A DNA stretch of 64,000 bases from Paramoeba atlantica (GCA_977017575.1 CDRNVI010000080.1:62725-126724), one strand, 5' to 3'. Numbered from the stretch's first letter, positions 1 through 13,030 are shown. Notes: generated from the sequence alone by a model not told the origin. Program-made: numbers and translations.

Positions 1-3000
1 GAGGCACCGCACACGCAAATCGCCGCGATTGAAGTCATGAAGTCGCAAAACTTTGATATGCCTTTTTCTGAGAACCGAAAGCTGAGACCACGCGCAGCAC
101 GCAGCGGTGCGCCAAATAAGATTTATGCACTCGTGAGTGCGCGCTCGGAATGTTGATGGATTTGCGTTGCGCGATCCGAGACAACGCACTCGCGAATCGC
201 CGCGATTGAAGTCGTGAAGTCACAAAATTTTGATATGCCTTTTTCTGAAAACCGAAAGCTGAGACCACGCGAAGCACGTAGCGGTGCGCCAAATAAGATT
301 TATGCACTCGTGATTGCGCGCTCCGAATGTTGATGGATTTGCGTTGCGCGATCCGAGACAACGCACACGCGAATCGCCGCGATTGAAGTCATGAAGTCGC
401 AAAACTTTGATATGCCTTTTTCTGAGAACCGAAAGCTGAGACCACGCGCAGCACGCAGCGGTGCGCCAAATAAGATTTATGCACTCGTGAGTGCGCGCTC
501 GGAATGTTGATGGATTTGCGTTGCGCGATCCGAGACAACGCACACGCGAATCGCCGCGATTGAAGTCATGAAGTCGCAAAACTTTGATATGCCTTTTTCT
601 GAGAACCGAAAGCTGAGACCACGCGCAGCACGCAGCGGTCCGCCAAAGTGGATTTATGCACTCGTGAGTGTGCGCTCCGAATGTTGATGGATTTGCGTTG
701 CGCGATCCGAGGCACCGCACACGCGAATCGCCGCGATTGAAGTCGTGAAGTCACAAAACTTTGATATGCCTTCTTCTGAAAACCGAAAGCTGAGACCACG
801 CGCAGCACGTAGCGGTGCGCCAAAGTGGATTTATGCACTCGTGAGTGTGCGCTCCGAGTGTTGATGGATTTGCGTTGCGCGATCCGAGACAACGCACACG
901 CGAATCGCCGCGATTGAAGTCGTGAAGTCACAAAACTTTGATATGCCTTTTTCTGAGAACCGAAAGCTGAGACCACGCGCAGCACGCAGCGGTGCGCCAA
1001 AGTGGATTTATGCACTATTGAGTGCGCGCTCCGAATGTTGATGGATTTGCGTTGCGCGATCCGAGGCACCGCACACGCAAATCGCCGCGATTGAAGTCAT
1101 GAAGTCGCAAAACTTTGATATGCCTTTTTCTGAGAACCGAAAGCTGAGACCACGCGCAGCACGCAGCGGTGCGCCAAATAAGATTTATGCACTCGTGAGT
1201 GCGCGCTCGGAATGTTGATGGATTTGCGTTGCGCGATCCGAGACAACGCACTCGCAAATCGCCGCGATTGAAGTCGTGAAGTCGCAAAACTTTGATATGC
1301 CTTTTTCTGAGAACCGAAAGCTGAGACCACGCGCAGCACGCAGCGGTCCGCCAAAGTGGATTTATGCACTCGTGATTGAGCGCTCCGAATGTTTATGGAT
1401 TTGCGTTGCGCGATCCGAGGCACCGCACACGCAAATCGCCTCGATTGAAGTCGTGAAGTCACAAAACTTTGATATGCCTTTTTCTGAAAACCAAAAACTG
1501 AGACCACGCGCAGCAGCAGCGGTGCGCCAAAGTGGATTTATGCACTCGTGATTGCGCGCTCCGAATGTTGATGGATTTGCGTTGCGCGATCCGAGGCACC
1601 GCACACGCAAATCGCCTCGATTGAAGTCATGAAGTCGCAAAACTTTGATATGCCTTTTTCTGAAAACCAAAAACTGAGACCACGCGCAGCAGCAGCGGTG
1701 CGCCAAAGTGGATTTATGCACTCGTGATTGCGCGCTCCGAATGTTGATGGATTTGCGTTGCGCGATCCGAGACAACGCACACGCGAATCGCCGCGATTGA
1801 AGTCATGAAGTCACAAAACTTTGATATGCCTTCTTCTGAAAACCGAAAGCTGAGACCACGCGCAGCACGTAGCGGTGCGCCAAAGTGGATTTATGCACTC
1901 GTGAGTGTGCGCTCCGAGTGTTGATGGATTTGCGTTGCGCGATCCGAGACAACGCACACGCGAATCGCCGCGATTGAAGTCGTGAAGTCACAAAACTTTG
2001 ATATGCCTTTTTCTGAGAACCGAAAGCTGAGACCACGCGCAGCACGCAGCGGTGCGCCAAAGTGGATTTATGCACTATTGAGTGCGCGCTCCGAATGTTG
2101 ATGGATTTGCGTTGCGCGATCCGAGGCACCGCACACGCAAATCGCCGCGATTGAAGTCATGAAGTCGCAAAACTTTGATATGCCTTTTTCTGAGAACCGA
2201 AAGCTGAGACCACGCGCAGCACGCAGCGGTGCGCCAAATAAGATTTATGCACTCGTGAGTGCGCGCTCGGAATGTTGATGGATTTGCGTTGCGCGATCCG
2301 AGACAACGCACTCGCGAATCGCCGCGATTGAAGTCGTGAAGTCACAAAATTTTGATATGCCTTTTTCTGAGAACCGAAAGCTGAGACCACGCGCAGCACG
2401 CAGCGGTGCGCCAAAGTGGATTTATGCACTATTGAGTGCGCGCTCCGAATGTTGATGGATTTGCGTTGCGCGATCCGAGGCACCGCACACGCAAATCGCC
2501 GCGATTGAAGTCATGAAGTCGCAAAACTTTGATATGCCTTTTTCTGAGAACCGAAAGCTGAGACCACGCGCAGCACGCAGCGGTGCGCCAAATAAGATTT
2601 ATGCACTCGTGAGTGCGCGCTCGGAATGTTGATGGATTTGCGTTGCGCGATCCGAGACAACGCACTCGCGAATCGCCGCGATTGAAGTCGTGAAGTCACA
2701 AAATTTTGATATGCCTTTTTCTGAAAACCGAAAGCTGAGACCACGCGAAGCACGTAGCGGTGCGCCAAATAAGATTTATGCACTCGTGATTGCGCGCTCC
2801 GAATGTTGATGGATTTGCGTTGCGCGATCCGAGACAACGCACACGCGAATCGCCGCGATTGAAGTCATGAAGTCGCAAAACTTTGATATGCCTTTTTCTG
2901 AGAACCGAAAGCTGAGACCACGCGCAGCACGCAGCGGTGCGCCAAATAAGATTTATGCACTCGTGAGTGCGCGCTCGGAATGTTGATGGATTTGCGTTGC

Positions 3001-6000
3001 GCGATCCGAGACAACGCACACGCGAATCGCCGCGATTGAAGTCATGAAGTCGCAAAACTTTGATATGCCTTTTTCTGAGAACCGAAAGCTGAGACCACGC
3101 GCAGCACGCAGCGGTCCGCCAAAGTGGATTTATGCACTCGTGAGTGTGCGCTCCGAATGTTGATGGATTTGCGTTGCGCGATCCGAGGCACCGCACACGC
3201 GAATCGCCGCGATTGAAGTCGTGAAGTCACAAAACTTTGATATGCCTTCTTCTGAAAACCGAAAGCTGAGACCACGCGCAGCACGTAGCGGTGCGCCAAA
3301 GTGGATTTATGCACTCGTGAGTGTGCGCTCCGAGTGTTGATGGATTTGCGTTGCGCGATCCGAGACAACGCACACGCGAATCGCCGCGATTGAAGTCGTG
3401 AAGTCACAAAACTTTGATATGCCTTTTTCTGAGAACCGAAAGCTGAGACCACGCGCAGCACGCAGCGGTGCGCCAAAGTGGATTTATGCACTATTGAGTG
3501 CGCGCTCCGAATGTTGATGGATTTGCGTTGCGCGATCCGAGGCACCGCACACGCAAATCGCCGCGATTGAAGTCATGAAGTCGCAAAACTTTGATATGCC
3601 TTTTTCTGAGAACCGAAAGCTGAGACCACGCGCAGCACGCAGCGGTGCGCCAAATAAGATTTATGCACTCGTGAGTGCGCGCTCGGAATGTTGATGGATT
3701 TGCGTTGCGCGATCCGAGACAACGCACTCGCAAATCGCCGCGATTGAAGTCGTGAAGTCACAAAATTTTGATATGCCTTTTTCTGAGAACCGAAAGCTGA
3801 GACCACGCGCAGCACGCAGCGGTCCGCCAAAGTGGATTTATGCACTCGTGATTGAGCGCTCCGAATGTTTATGGATTTGCGTTGCGCGATCCGAGGCACC
3901 GCACACGCGAATCGCCGCGATTGAAGTCGTGAAGTCACAAAACTTTGATATGCCTTTTTCTGAAAACCGAAAGCTGAGACCACGCGAAGCACGTAGCGGT
4001 GCGCCAAATAAGATTTATGCACTCGTGATTGAGCGCTCCGAATGTTTATGGATTTGCGTTGCGCGATCCGAGGCACCGCACACGCAAATCGCCTCGATTG
4101 AAGTCGTGAAGTCACAAAACTTTGATATGCCTTTTTCTGAAAACCAAAAACTGAGACCACGCGCAGCAGCAGCGGTGCGCCAAAGTGGATTTATGCACTC
4201 GTGATTGCGCGCTCCGAATGTTGATGGATTTGCGTTGCGCGATCCGAGACAACGCACACGCGAATCGCCGCGATTGAAGTCGTGAAGTCACAAAACTTTG
4301 ATATGCCTTTTTCTGAAAACCAAAAACTGAGACCACGCGCAGCAGCAGCGGTGCGCCAAAGTGGATTTATGCACTCGTGATTGAGCGCTCCGAATGTTTA
4401 TGGATTTGCGTTGCGCGATCCGAGGCACCGCACACGCGAATCGCCGCGATTGAAGTCGTGAAGTCACAAAACTTTGATATGCCTTTTTCTGAAAACCGAA
4501 AGCTGAGACCACGCGAAGCACGTAGCGGTGCGCCAAATAAGATTTATGCACTCGTGATTGAGCGCTCCGAATGTTTATGGATTTGCGTTGCGCGATCCGA
4601 GGCACCGCACACGCGAATCGCCGCGATTGAAGTCGTGAAGTCACAAAACTTTGATATGCCTTTTTCTGAAAACCAAAAACTGAGACCACGCGCAGCAGCA
4701 GCGGTGCGCCAAAGTGGATTTATGCACTCGTGATTGCGCGCTCCGAATGTTGATGGATTTGCGTTGCGCGATCCGAGACAACGCACACGCGAATCGCCGC
4801 GATTGAAGTCATGAAGTCGCAAAACTTTGATATGCCTTTTTCTGAGAACCGAAAGCTGAGACCACGCGCAGCACGCAGCGGTGCGCCAAATAAGATTTAT
4901 GCACTCGTGAGTGCGCGCTCGGAATGTTGATGGATTTGCGTTGCGCGATCCGAGGCACCGCACACGCAAATCGCCGCGATTGAAGTCGTGAAGTCACAAA
5001 ACTTTGATATGCCTTTTTCTGAAAACCGAAAGCTGAGACCACGCGCAGCACGCAGCGGTGCGCCAAATAAGATTTATGCACTCGTGAGTGCGCGCTCCGA
5101 ATGTTGATGGATTTGCGTTGCGCGATCCGAGGCACCGCACACGCAAATCGCCTCGATTGAAGTCGTGAAGTCACAAAACTTTGATATGCCTTTTTCTGAA
5201 AACCAAAAACTGAGACCACGCGCAGCAGCAGCGGTGCGCCAAAGTGGATTTATGCACTCGTGATTGCGCGCTCCGAATGTTGATGGATTTGCGTTGCGCG
5301 ATCCGAGACAACGCACACGCGAATCGCCGCGATTGAAGTCGTGAAGTCACAAAACTTTGATATGCCTTCTTCTGAAAACCGAAAGCTGAGACCACGCGCA
5401 GCACGCAGCGGTGCGCCAAAGTGGATTTATGCACTCTTGAGTGTGCGCTGCGAATGTTGATGGATTTGCGTTGCGCGATCCGAGACAACGCACTCGCAAA
5501 TCGCCGCGATTGAAGTCGTGAAGTCACAAAATTTTGATATGCCTTTTTCTGAGAACCGAAAGCTGAGACCACGCGCAGCACGCAGCGGTGCGCCAAATAA
5601 GATTTATGCACTCGTGATTGAGCGCTCCGAATGTTGATGGATTTGCGTTGCGCGATCCGAGGCACCGCACACGCAAATCGCCGCGATTGAAGTCGTGAAG
5701 TCACAAAATTTTGATATGCCTTTTTCTGAGAACCGAAAGCTGAGACCACGCGCAGCAGCAGCGGTGCGCCAAAGTGGATTTATGCACTATTGAGTGCGCG
5801 CTCCGAATGTTGATGGATTTGCGTTTCGCGATCCGAGGCACCGCACACGCAAATAGCCGCGATTGAAGTCGTGAAGTCACAAAACTTTGATATGCCTTTT
5901 TCTGAAAACCGAAAGCTGAGACCACGCGCAGCACGCAGCGGTGCGCCAAAGTGGATTTATGCACTCTTGAGTGTGCGCTGCGAATGTTGATGGATTTGCG

Positions 6001-6440
6001 TTGCGCGATCCGAGACAACGCACTCGCAAATCGCCGCGATTGAAGTCGTGAAGTCACAAAATTTTGATATGCCTTTTTCTGAGAACCGAAAGCTGAGACC
6101 ACGCGCAGCACGCAGCGGTGCGCCAAATAAGATTTATGCACTCGTGATTGAGCGCTCCGAATGTTTATGGATTTGCGTTGCGCGATCCGAGGCACCGCAC
6201 ACGCAAATCGCCTCGATTGAAGTCATGAAGTCGCAAAACTTTGATATGCCTTTTTCTGAGAACCGAAAGCTGAGACCACGCGCAGCACGCAGCGGTGCGC
6301 CAAATAAGATTTATGCACTCGTGAGTGCGCGCTCCGAATGTTGATGGATTTGCGTTGCGCGATCCGAGGCACCGCGCACGCAAATCGCCGCGATTGAAGT
6401 CGTGATGTCAGAGAACTTTGATATGCCTTTTTGTGAGACC
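1..6440. repeat. Tandem satellite, 177-bp monomer (some 176-bp variants), ~36 copies, running off the left edge of the window
   Basis: gag(g/a)ca recurs at 1, 178, etc. The spurious ORFs have a 59-aa period (177/3). Monomers differ at a few diagnostic sites (ggcaccgcac/acaacgcac, aataagattt/aagtggattt). The array degenerates at ~6400-6440. Confidence 0.97.
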
Positions 6441-7026
6441 CCACCTGGACCGGGCCCTGAACCGCGCCCTACCCCCCCCCCCTCCCTGAACCTCCGACAT
6501 TTACCCCCCACCCTGGACACGCTCTGTACTCCCCCTTCGACCTCCCCCCTTGGACTCCCCCCTGGACCTCCCCCGCTGGATATCCCCGTGGATTCCCCGC
6601 TGTCTCCCCCTCTGGACTCCCCCCTGGACCGCACTTTGGACCGCACCCTGCCCTCCCCCATGACCCCCCCCCCTTGACCCCCCCTCGACCCCCCACCTGG
6701 ACGCTACCGTGGACCCCCCTGGATACACACCCCTGAACCTCGCCCTGGACACCCCAAGGACCCCACCCATGGAGACACACCCTGGACCCCACCCATGGAC
6801 ACCCCCCTGCACTCCCCCATGGAGACACCCCCTGGACTCCCCCTGGACCCCCCCCCATGGAACCCCCCCTGGACACCCCCCCCCCTGGAGAGACCTCCTG
6901 GACTCCCCCCGGACCGCACCCTAGACCCCCCCCCCTGGACCCCCCCTGAACCTCCCACCTGGAGACACCCCCTGGACACCCCCCCCTGGACCCTCCCCCT
7001 GGACACACTCCCCGGACACACTCCAC
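6441..7026. repeat. C-rich degenerate repeat built from CCCCCTGGA / GGACCGCACCCTAGA-like units (G-rich on the minus strand)
   Basis: Direct reading: dense C-runs separated by tgga/taga/tgaa. Confidence 0.9.
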
Positions 7027-8841
7027 CTGGATCTCGAGAAGGCTTATGATACCTTACCACGAGAGGCAGTCTGGGCCACCCTTCAGAGTTTGAAAATTGA
7101 AGGACCATTATTGGAACTAATTCGCGCACTATATAACACAACAACTGCAAGCGTCATGTTAAACGACGGCACGAAGAGTGAAAGCTTCGAAATACCTGGC
7201 GGCTTAAAACAAGGCTGTCCAATGAGCTGCCTGCTATTCAATGCAACATTTGATGCTGTACTCCGGAAAGCACTACAGATTAAAACTGCAGGCATCCGTG
7301 TCGAATGGAGGATCCCAAAAGGAAGAGCTCAACGAGGCGATAAAGTAACCGGTACAGATGTTTTCGGACTCATAGCGTATGCGGATGACCTTGTTCTTTG
7401 GTCGGACGAACAAACGGAACTGCAAAATACCTTAAACGCAGTAGTAGGGGTTATGAACCGATGGGGAATAAGGATAAACACAAGGAAAACTAAAACACAG
7501 GTAATTCAACCTTGCAAAGCAGAAAAGTATTACACATCCGAGATAAAAGCACAAGAAGAAACTATTGAACAAGTACGAAACTTCTCATACCTTGGAACAG
7601 TCATCAGTGAAGATGCTTCATTGGAAGAAGAAATAGAAAACAGAGTAAGAAGAGCTTGCGCAGGTATGAGAAAATTTAGAGACTTGTGGAAAGACAAGGC
7701 TATCACAAGGAAAACGAAAAGACTCATCCTGGAAGTCTGTATAGTACCAATTCTACTATATGCGAGCTCAACGTGGGCGCTTACACCAACCCAGCATCTG
7801 AAACTCAACCGCGCCTACATAAGATACATCAAAACATCTTTCGGCATACCATGGGTCAAGAACGACAATAGCGCCTACAATGATAAACAGCACCAAGAAT
7901 CTGCGAAGGATGCAATAAGATATACCTCCCAGAAGGAATGCCTATCGATCGCAGGAATGGACCCACTCCAGCCACAAATAGATGCCCGAAGTTTACTGTT
8001 TGCTGGACACGTCGCAAGAATGGGTCCAGATAGATTCCCGAACAGAGTGTTATTCGGCAAATATCGATCAACTCAAAATAGAGGAAATACATATAAACGA
8101 AGCCTGCCATGCTATAGTAGAAGCCTTGTAGCTGCACTGGAAAGAGTTGGAATAACAACAGATTGCTCATGGAAACTGAAAGCCCAGAATAAAAAAAGTT
8201 GGATAAAGATAATAGATGAATATAGAAAGAGCACGAAAACCCAAACGTTAAACAAAGGTAATAAAAAACCATTCTCAAGGAACTAAAACTGTGTGAACGC
8301 TAGACCCTGTAATGGATAGGCCTGAAATGCACCCTGAAGATGAGCCCCTAAGGGGAACTTCATACCGCTTTTCGGGTTTGGGTACCGCTCATCTGCGGCT
8401 TGCAACTGACCCATTAAAACGGGGTTAGGGTCAGAATTCGGAGAGATAGGAGCTCTTTGAAGCCGAAGTTTAGCCCGTTGAAGCTGAGGAGCCAAGGCCA
8501 CTCGGGGGTATAACACCCTAGAAGACTTGGTCCATTGAAGCTGAGGAGTCTAAACTGTTGAAGCTGAGACTCAACGCTCCCGAACTATGCCAGCAAGCAG
8601 TAGTGGGCGGCTACTCCGGAGGAGGCCACTCTCGGTCCTGCGGAACATACTTATGTAGTCCTTGGATTTGCATGCTGTCCTTGGATTTGAATGTCTCAAC
8701 CTGAAAGGGTTAAGATAGTTCAGCGGACAAGGTGGATGAAAATCCACCTTTGAGTGATAGCCTCCCTCAAAGCTACCTCGGCTTACTCCGGGGAGGCAAC
8801 ATCCCCAATGGGATAGAAAGCCTAACAACATTCAACATTCA
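7015..8841 (+). mobile_element. 5'-truncated non-LTR retrotransposon, RTE-like clade
   Basis: Contains an RT ORF fragment and a ~555-bp 3' UTR ending in a short tandem tail (aacaacattcaacattca, 8824-8841). Flanked by near-identical 6725-7014 and 8842-9128. Confidence 0.8.
7027..8286 (+). pseudogene. C-terminal part of a non-LTR reverse transcriptase (RT domains 3-7 plus thumb)
   Basis: The frame is open from LDLEKAYD (7027) through GLKQGCPMSCLLFN, AYADDL, FSYLG and FAGHVARM. There is no N-terminal endonuclease because the copy is 5'-truncated. Confidence 0.88.
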
Positions 8842-9128
8842 ACACACCCCTGAACCTCGCCCTGGACACCCCAAGGACCCCACCCATGGAGACACACCCT
8901 GGACCCCACCCATGGACACCCCCCTGCACTCCCCCATGGAGACACCCCCTGGACTCCCCCTGGACCCCCCCCATGGAACCCCCCCTGGACACCCCCCCCC
9001 TGGAGAGACCTCCTGGACTCCCCCCGGACCGCACCCTAGACCCCCCCCCTGGACCCCCCCTGAACCTCCCACCTGGAGACACCCCCTGGACACCCCCCCC
9101 TGGACCCTCCCCCTGGACACACTCCCCG
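8842..9128. repeat. Second copy of the C-rich block 6725-7014 (putative ~290-bp target-site duplication)
   Basis: Base-by-base match from acacacccctgaacctcgcc to ggacacactccccg, with only three 1-bp C-homopolymer length differences. Confidence 0.9.
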
Positions 9129-9393
9129 TGTGGGATGCTAATCCCCAAGTGGGACGTACGAAAACATGTAGTCCTTTTTCAGCCCATGATGAAAATTTTA
9201 GAAAATGCCCGTATTATTTTATTTATAACATTTATTTATAATATTTAGTATTGCAGGAACTCTTTGAGTAATACATGTAAAAATGTGAAATCGTTTTAAT
9301 GCACCGTATTCATACATGTATGGAAGTAAACGATGGATAATTATGTGTAACTCATTGTAATCCTAGCCGTATTTTCAAAGCAAAAAACGCACA

Positions 9394-10149
9394 ATGAATG
9401 ACCTCCCCCCACTATCTGACTCTCGCATTGGACGGTTTGTGGCCGAGAGTCAGGTTGGCGACACTATCGCGGTTTTATGGTCCTCAGACAAAGTGCCACG
9501 CGGAGAAATGTGGAAGGGAGTGGTGAAGAAGATTGGCGAAGAGAAAACAACTATGTTGGTGGACTATGCGAAATTTGGCGAGCTTACGTTTCCTCCGACG
9601 AATGCTCGATTACATGGGGTGGAGAAACTCGCCACTGACCCTTACTCCGCTGCGATGGAGCGTGTTGAAGGCCGAGAGACTGGAACGTTCGAACCGCTTG
9701 AATTATCTACGTACGCGATGTTCATCGAGGCACCCTCGGAGACGCGAGATCGTAGTTTTGTGGAATTGGACGCTCATTTGCGTCGCTACTTTGGTATTGG
9801 AGCTGCCGAACGCAATGCCCCACGCTATCACCAAGACGAGCATCGGAAGAACGATTTGTTGCTAGCATTTTTGGCTTGGGTGCGAAACTCAATGAAAATG
9901 GGACTTGTATGGAAATCAGACGGGAACATGGCGGTCGGGGACAACATATTGGCGGCGTTGGTTGCTTACAAAGTTCGCGTTCAACATGGGGACTGCCGCG
10001 TCTTCGCACAGGCTCTTGAAGAAGCAAAAACGACCGGGGGACTGCGGGGAAAAATTCTACCTGCAATGATCAAAGCCATGGATACAAAAAACGACCGAAC
10101 AGGGCGAAACGCGGGCCCGATGACAAAACCGCAAGGGAAAAAATTCTGA
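9394..10149 (+). CDS. Putative gag-like ORF1 of element A
   Basis: First ORF of the element, upstream of the YR. Weak motif resemblance (VLWS..WKGVV..TFPP) to ORF1 of element B (AVWS..IGLV..RFPHP). No zinc knuckle seen. Confidence 0.55.
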   Translation: MNDLPPLSDSRIGRFVAESQVGDTIAVLWSSDKVPRGEMWKGVVKKIGEEKTTMLVDYAKFGELTFPPTNARLHGVEKLATDPYSAAMERVEGRETGTFEPLELSTYAMFIEAPSETRDRSFVELDAHLRRYFGIGAAERNAPRYHQDEHRKNDLLLAFLAWVRNSMKMGLVWKSDGNMAVGDNILAALVAYKVRVQHGDCRVFAQALEEAKTTGGLRGKILPAMIKAMDTKNDRTGRNAGPMTKPQGKKF

Positions 10150-10245
10150 CTCGAAGAATTCAACAGAAATTTAGTCCAAGAAACAATAGATTATATAAGG
10201 GGCAATATAATAGAACTATCAACATTAGGGGCAATAATCTTTACA

Positions 10246-11394
10246 GTGAAGAATATTCTGGAAATATATTTATTAAGGGGCATAAAAAATCAATTTCAAG
10301 AAGAGGGAAACGAAACATACGGAAATCAAACGGAAACCACAACCGGCGCCGGCACTACCAGTCATGTCCGAAGTACTCAGTACAAGCAACCTTCCACGAG
10401 CAACAGGGCTGTTACAGGGATAGTAACAAGATCAAGAGCAAAGAACTTACTGGAGATCGAAGACCTCTTCCTCGACCGCGTGGAAGGCAACAGAGAAACA
10501 AGAGCCGCGCTTCCTACAGTCGACGTTCAACAAATGATCGTTCTAGGCCAGGATCGTCTATTAGAAGAGAAATCCAACTCGCGCTGGAATCACCTTTCCA
10601 GCGTGTACAAACAGTATACAGTTTGGAAGGAAAATCTCGGAAACGACGTTCCAAGCGAAGATTGGTGCATAATATGCTTCTTGGAGTCGAAAATGAGACT
10701 AATCAATCCGCAAACTCAACGGGGTACCATCAGCATCCAAACCGCACATACATATGCAAAGAGTCTGATACAAATCATATTCCGATCTGGGGGTCAATTG
10801 CAAAAGTCGACAGTAACAGCCTATATGCGATCCCTTCAGCGTCAAGGGGCTCAAATACCGGAGCATCAGGCGCCCCCGGCTACACGCGAACAAGTATTGG
10901 AGGCGAGCGAATGGCTGCTTCCGGACGAAGCCGCGGGCCTGACCTTGGCGTGGAAGACATGCAGCAGAATAGACGATGTCAAACATCTGAGGAAATTAGA
11001 TTTACAAGTGGTAGATCTCGAGCGGAGAATACTGGGAGTAACGTTTCCGACTCACAAAGGGGATCCCTTCAGAGTAGGGACTGCTATTCCAATGACTTGC
11101 AACTTGACGGAGTGGAAAATCTTCATGGACCAATTGGACAAGCTGAAGCCAGAAGACAAGTTCACGACTTTATCGACGCTGAGAGCCAATGCCGTGCTGA
11201 AGCGGGTGAAAGCAGAGTTGTCGGCACATTCTGTAAAAAGAGGGGCTCTAGTATCACTCCTCAGAGAGGGAGTTCCACTGTCGGTAATACAGCTGTTGGC
11301 CAAGCACAAAGATCTGGAGACATTGTGGATATATCTCCCTCGACTGGAAGTGGCCTTGTCCCTAGGGCTACAGGACGCGACAAAATTACTGTGA
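10246..11394 (+). CDS. Tyrosine recombinase of element A (true start probably downstream of 10246)
   Basis: Catalytic R-K-HxxR-H-Y set: CSRIDD, THKG, AHSVKRGA, LAKH, WIYL. Confidence 0.88.
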   Translation: MKNILEIYLLRGIKNQFQEEGNETYGNQTETTTGAGTTSHVRSTQYKQPSTSNRAVTGIVTRSRAKNLLEIEDLFLDRVEGNRETRAALPTVDVQQMIVLGQDRLLEEKSNSRWNHLSSVYKQYTVWKENLGNDVPSEDWCIICFLESKMRLINPQTQRGTISIQTAHTYAKSLIQIIFRSGGQLQKSTVTAYMRSLQRQGAQIPEHQAPPATREQVLEASEWLLPDEAAGLTLAWKTCSRIDDVKHLRKLDLQVVDLERRILGVTFPTHKGDPFRVGTAIPMTCNLTEWKIFMDQLDKLKPEDKFTTLSTLRANAVLKRVKAELSAHSVKRGALVSLLREGVPLSVIQLLAKHKDLETLWIYLPRLEVALSLGLQDATKLL

Positions 11395-12845
11395 ACCCAG
11401 AAAACACCAAAGGACATGACAAGAAAACTAAATCAGCTGTTTACATACTAAAACGTCAATTACAAGGTAGGTTCCCCTTGCACATCGGTAAGATCACGCT
11501 AGACAGCGATAACATTATAGGCGAACCGAATCCCGAACCTATCTACGTGCATAATTCAACGGACATTGCTAACATTGCAACGAAGAAAATTGAAGACACA
11601 AACAATCAGTCTATGTCTCGAGGGCAGCTCACACGACCACCGAGCGTGCGAGCGTATAAAAATCAGGGAATAATAGCTCCTATCACAACCACAAGACTGT
11701 CATATTCTATACTGAACAATATGAATGACGATGGCAGCCTAGACTTTTTACATCTACTACAGAACGTCAACGCCTTTCACGCGCACATGCTGCGTGCACC
11801 TAAAGGCAATCGACCAGTGTCTCGATTTATGAGACATCATTTACCAGACTTATTACGCATGGGGGTTGTAGAGAAGACCGAAGGACCGATAGTAGTACAT
11901 CGTACCTTTACAGTTCCGAAGAAAGACTCCACACTTCGTCTAATCTGCGATTGTAGGAAACTCAACCGAGTTTTCGAATGCCCCCCCGCAATGCACCTAC
12001 CATCCATACATAACGTGATTGAAAATCTGCTAGATTCGGAATGGATGGCCCACGCGGACGCACGGAGTTACTTTTACCAATTCTCCCTCGCTCCCGAGAT
12101 CCGATCCTACTTTGGAGCGGTTTTAGGTCACGCTAGAGGAGAAACATGCAGTATTCAATTTTCTTCCATGCCCATGGGATGGTCATGGGCCCCGGCTATT
12201 GCACAGCGAGTTTCAAATCGCATTGTCCGGGACATTGGATTGGCCTGGGTAGACAATTTTCTTTTGTTCGGAAAATCCAAGTCAGAAGTAGAAAACCATG
12301 CAAAAGAATTTCGCGCCCGAGTCCACGCAGTTCAACTAGAAGTAGATGATCTCACCATGAAGCCACTACAGCAAGCGTGCGTACTTGGTATTGAATTTGA
12401 TCTAAAAAATAAGAAGTACCGCATGTCAGAAAAGTGGACTGAAAAGGCGTATTCAAGATACAATGACATAATCGGGAATGGGACGTGGACAGCTGTGGAA
12501 CTGTATACGCTTTCTGGTTTACTAATGTGGAGGGCCACGGTTATGAAAATCCCACTATGCACTTTTGCACACCTTCTTCAAACACTAGGAAAAGTTGCCA
12601 GAAAAGTGCACGACGAAAAGTCTTGGGAGATCTCCTTCTCTCCGACCGACCACCTGTTAGGCGAACTGACTGATGCATTTTCCGCACTCAAGCGAAATGT
12701 TTGGTTAAAAAAGATAGGTCATATACCCAAAGAAGAAAAGGTGGAAGTTTGGACTGATGCCAGTTCAATCGCATGGGCTATTCTGTTGTTCAATCAAGGC
12801 ATTCTCGAAACTGCAAAACAGGGCATGACAAAGCCCGGAGCCCAT
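10623..12845 (+). CDS. RT plus N-terminal RNase H of element A (RT homology starts ~11800; cut by insertion of B)
   Basis: TFTVPKKDSTLRLICDCRKLN, DARSYFYQF, MPMGWSWAP, WVDN, and RNase H VWTDAS. The TAA stop at 12846-12848 is supplied by the first bases of element B. Confidence 0.88.
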
Positions 12846-13024
12846 TAATAGTCCACGTTTTGAAATTTAGCCGAGGGGCTGTTATGTATTTGCCTGCTGG
12901 CCCTTCGGGGCACATAGTTTCTTCGAATTATGATTTGTATTCAGAATTTTACATGGGATGGGTATTTACTATTATCTTATATATCCTTGTTAGGTTGTTA
13001 TTTTACTTTGCTTTAAGTTTTTGT
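12846..13024 (+). repeat. Split direct repeat A1 of element B
   Basis: Identical to 20300-20478 (taatagtccacg...gtttttgt). Confidence 0.95.
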
Positions 13025-13030
13025 TTAAGA

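Noticed and set aside
1-6440. CRISPR array, or homology to the T. brucei 177-bp minichromosome repeat
   Set aside because: There are no unique spacers or cas genes. The monomer length matches, but this repeat is ~50% GC and I recognise no sequence similarity to the AT-rich T. brucei repeat.
35-6444. Dozens of 70-195-aa ORFs in the satellite
   Set aside because: They are by-products of a 177-bp (59-codon) monomer lacking stops in some frames; no coding signature.
8330-8372. Hammerhead-like CTGAAGA motif in the RTE 3' UTR
   Set aside because: No GAAA follows the putative stem II; the segment folds as a simple hairpin.
12773-13030. Upstream extension of the 552-aa ORF, and the similar ORF at 20257-20538
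   Set aside because: They read through terminal repeat A and the insertion junction; the real gag start is likely the ATG at 13031.
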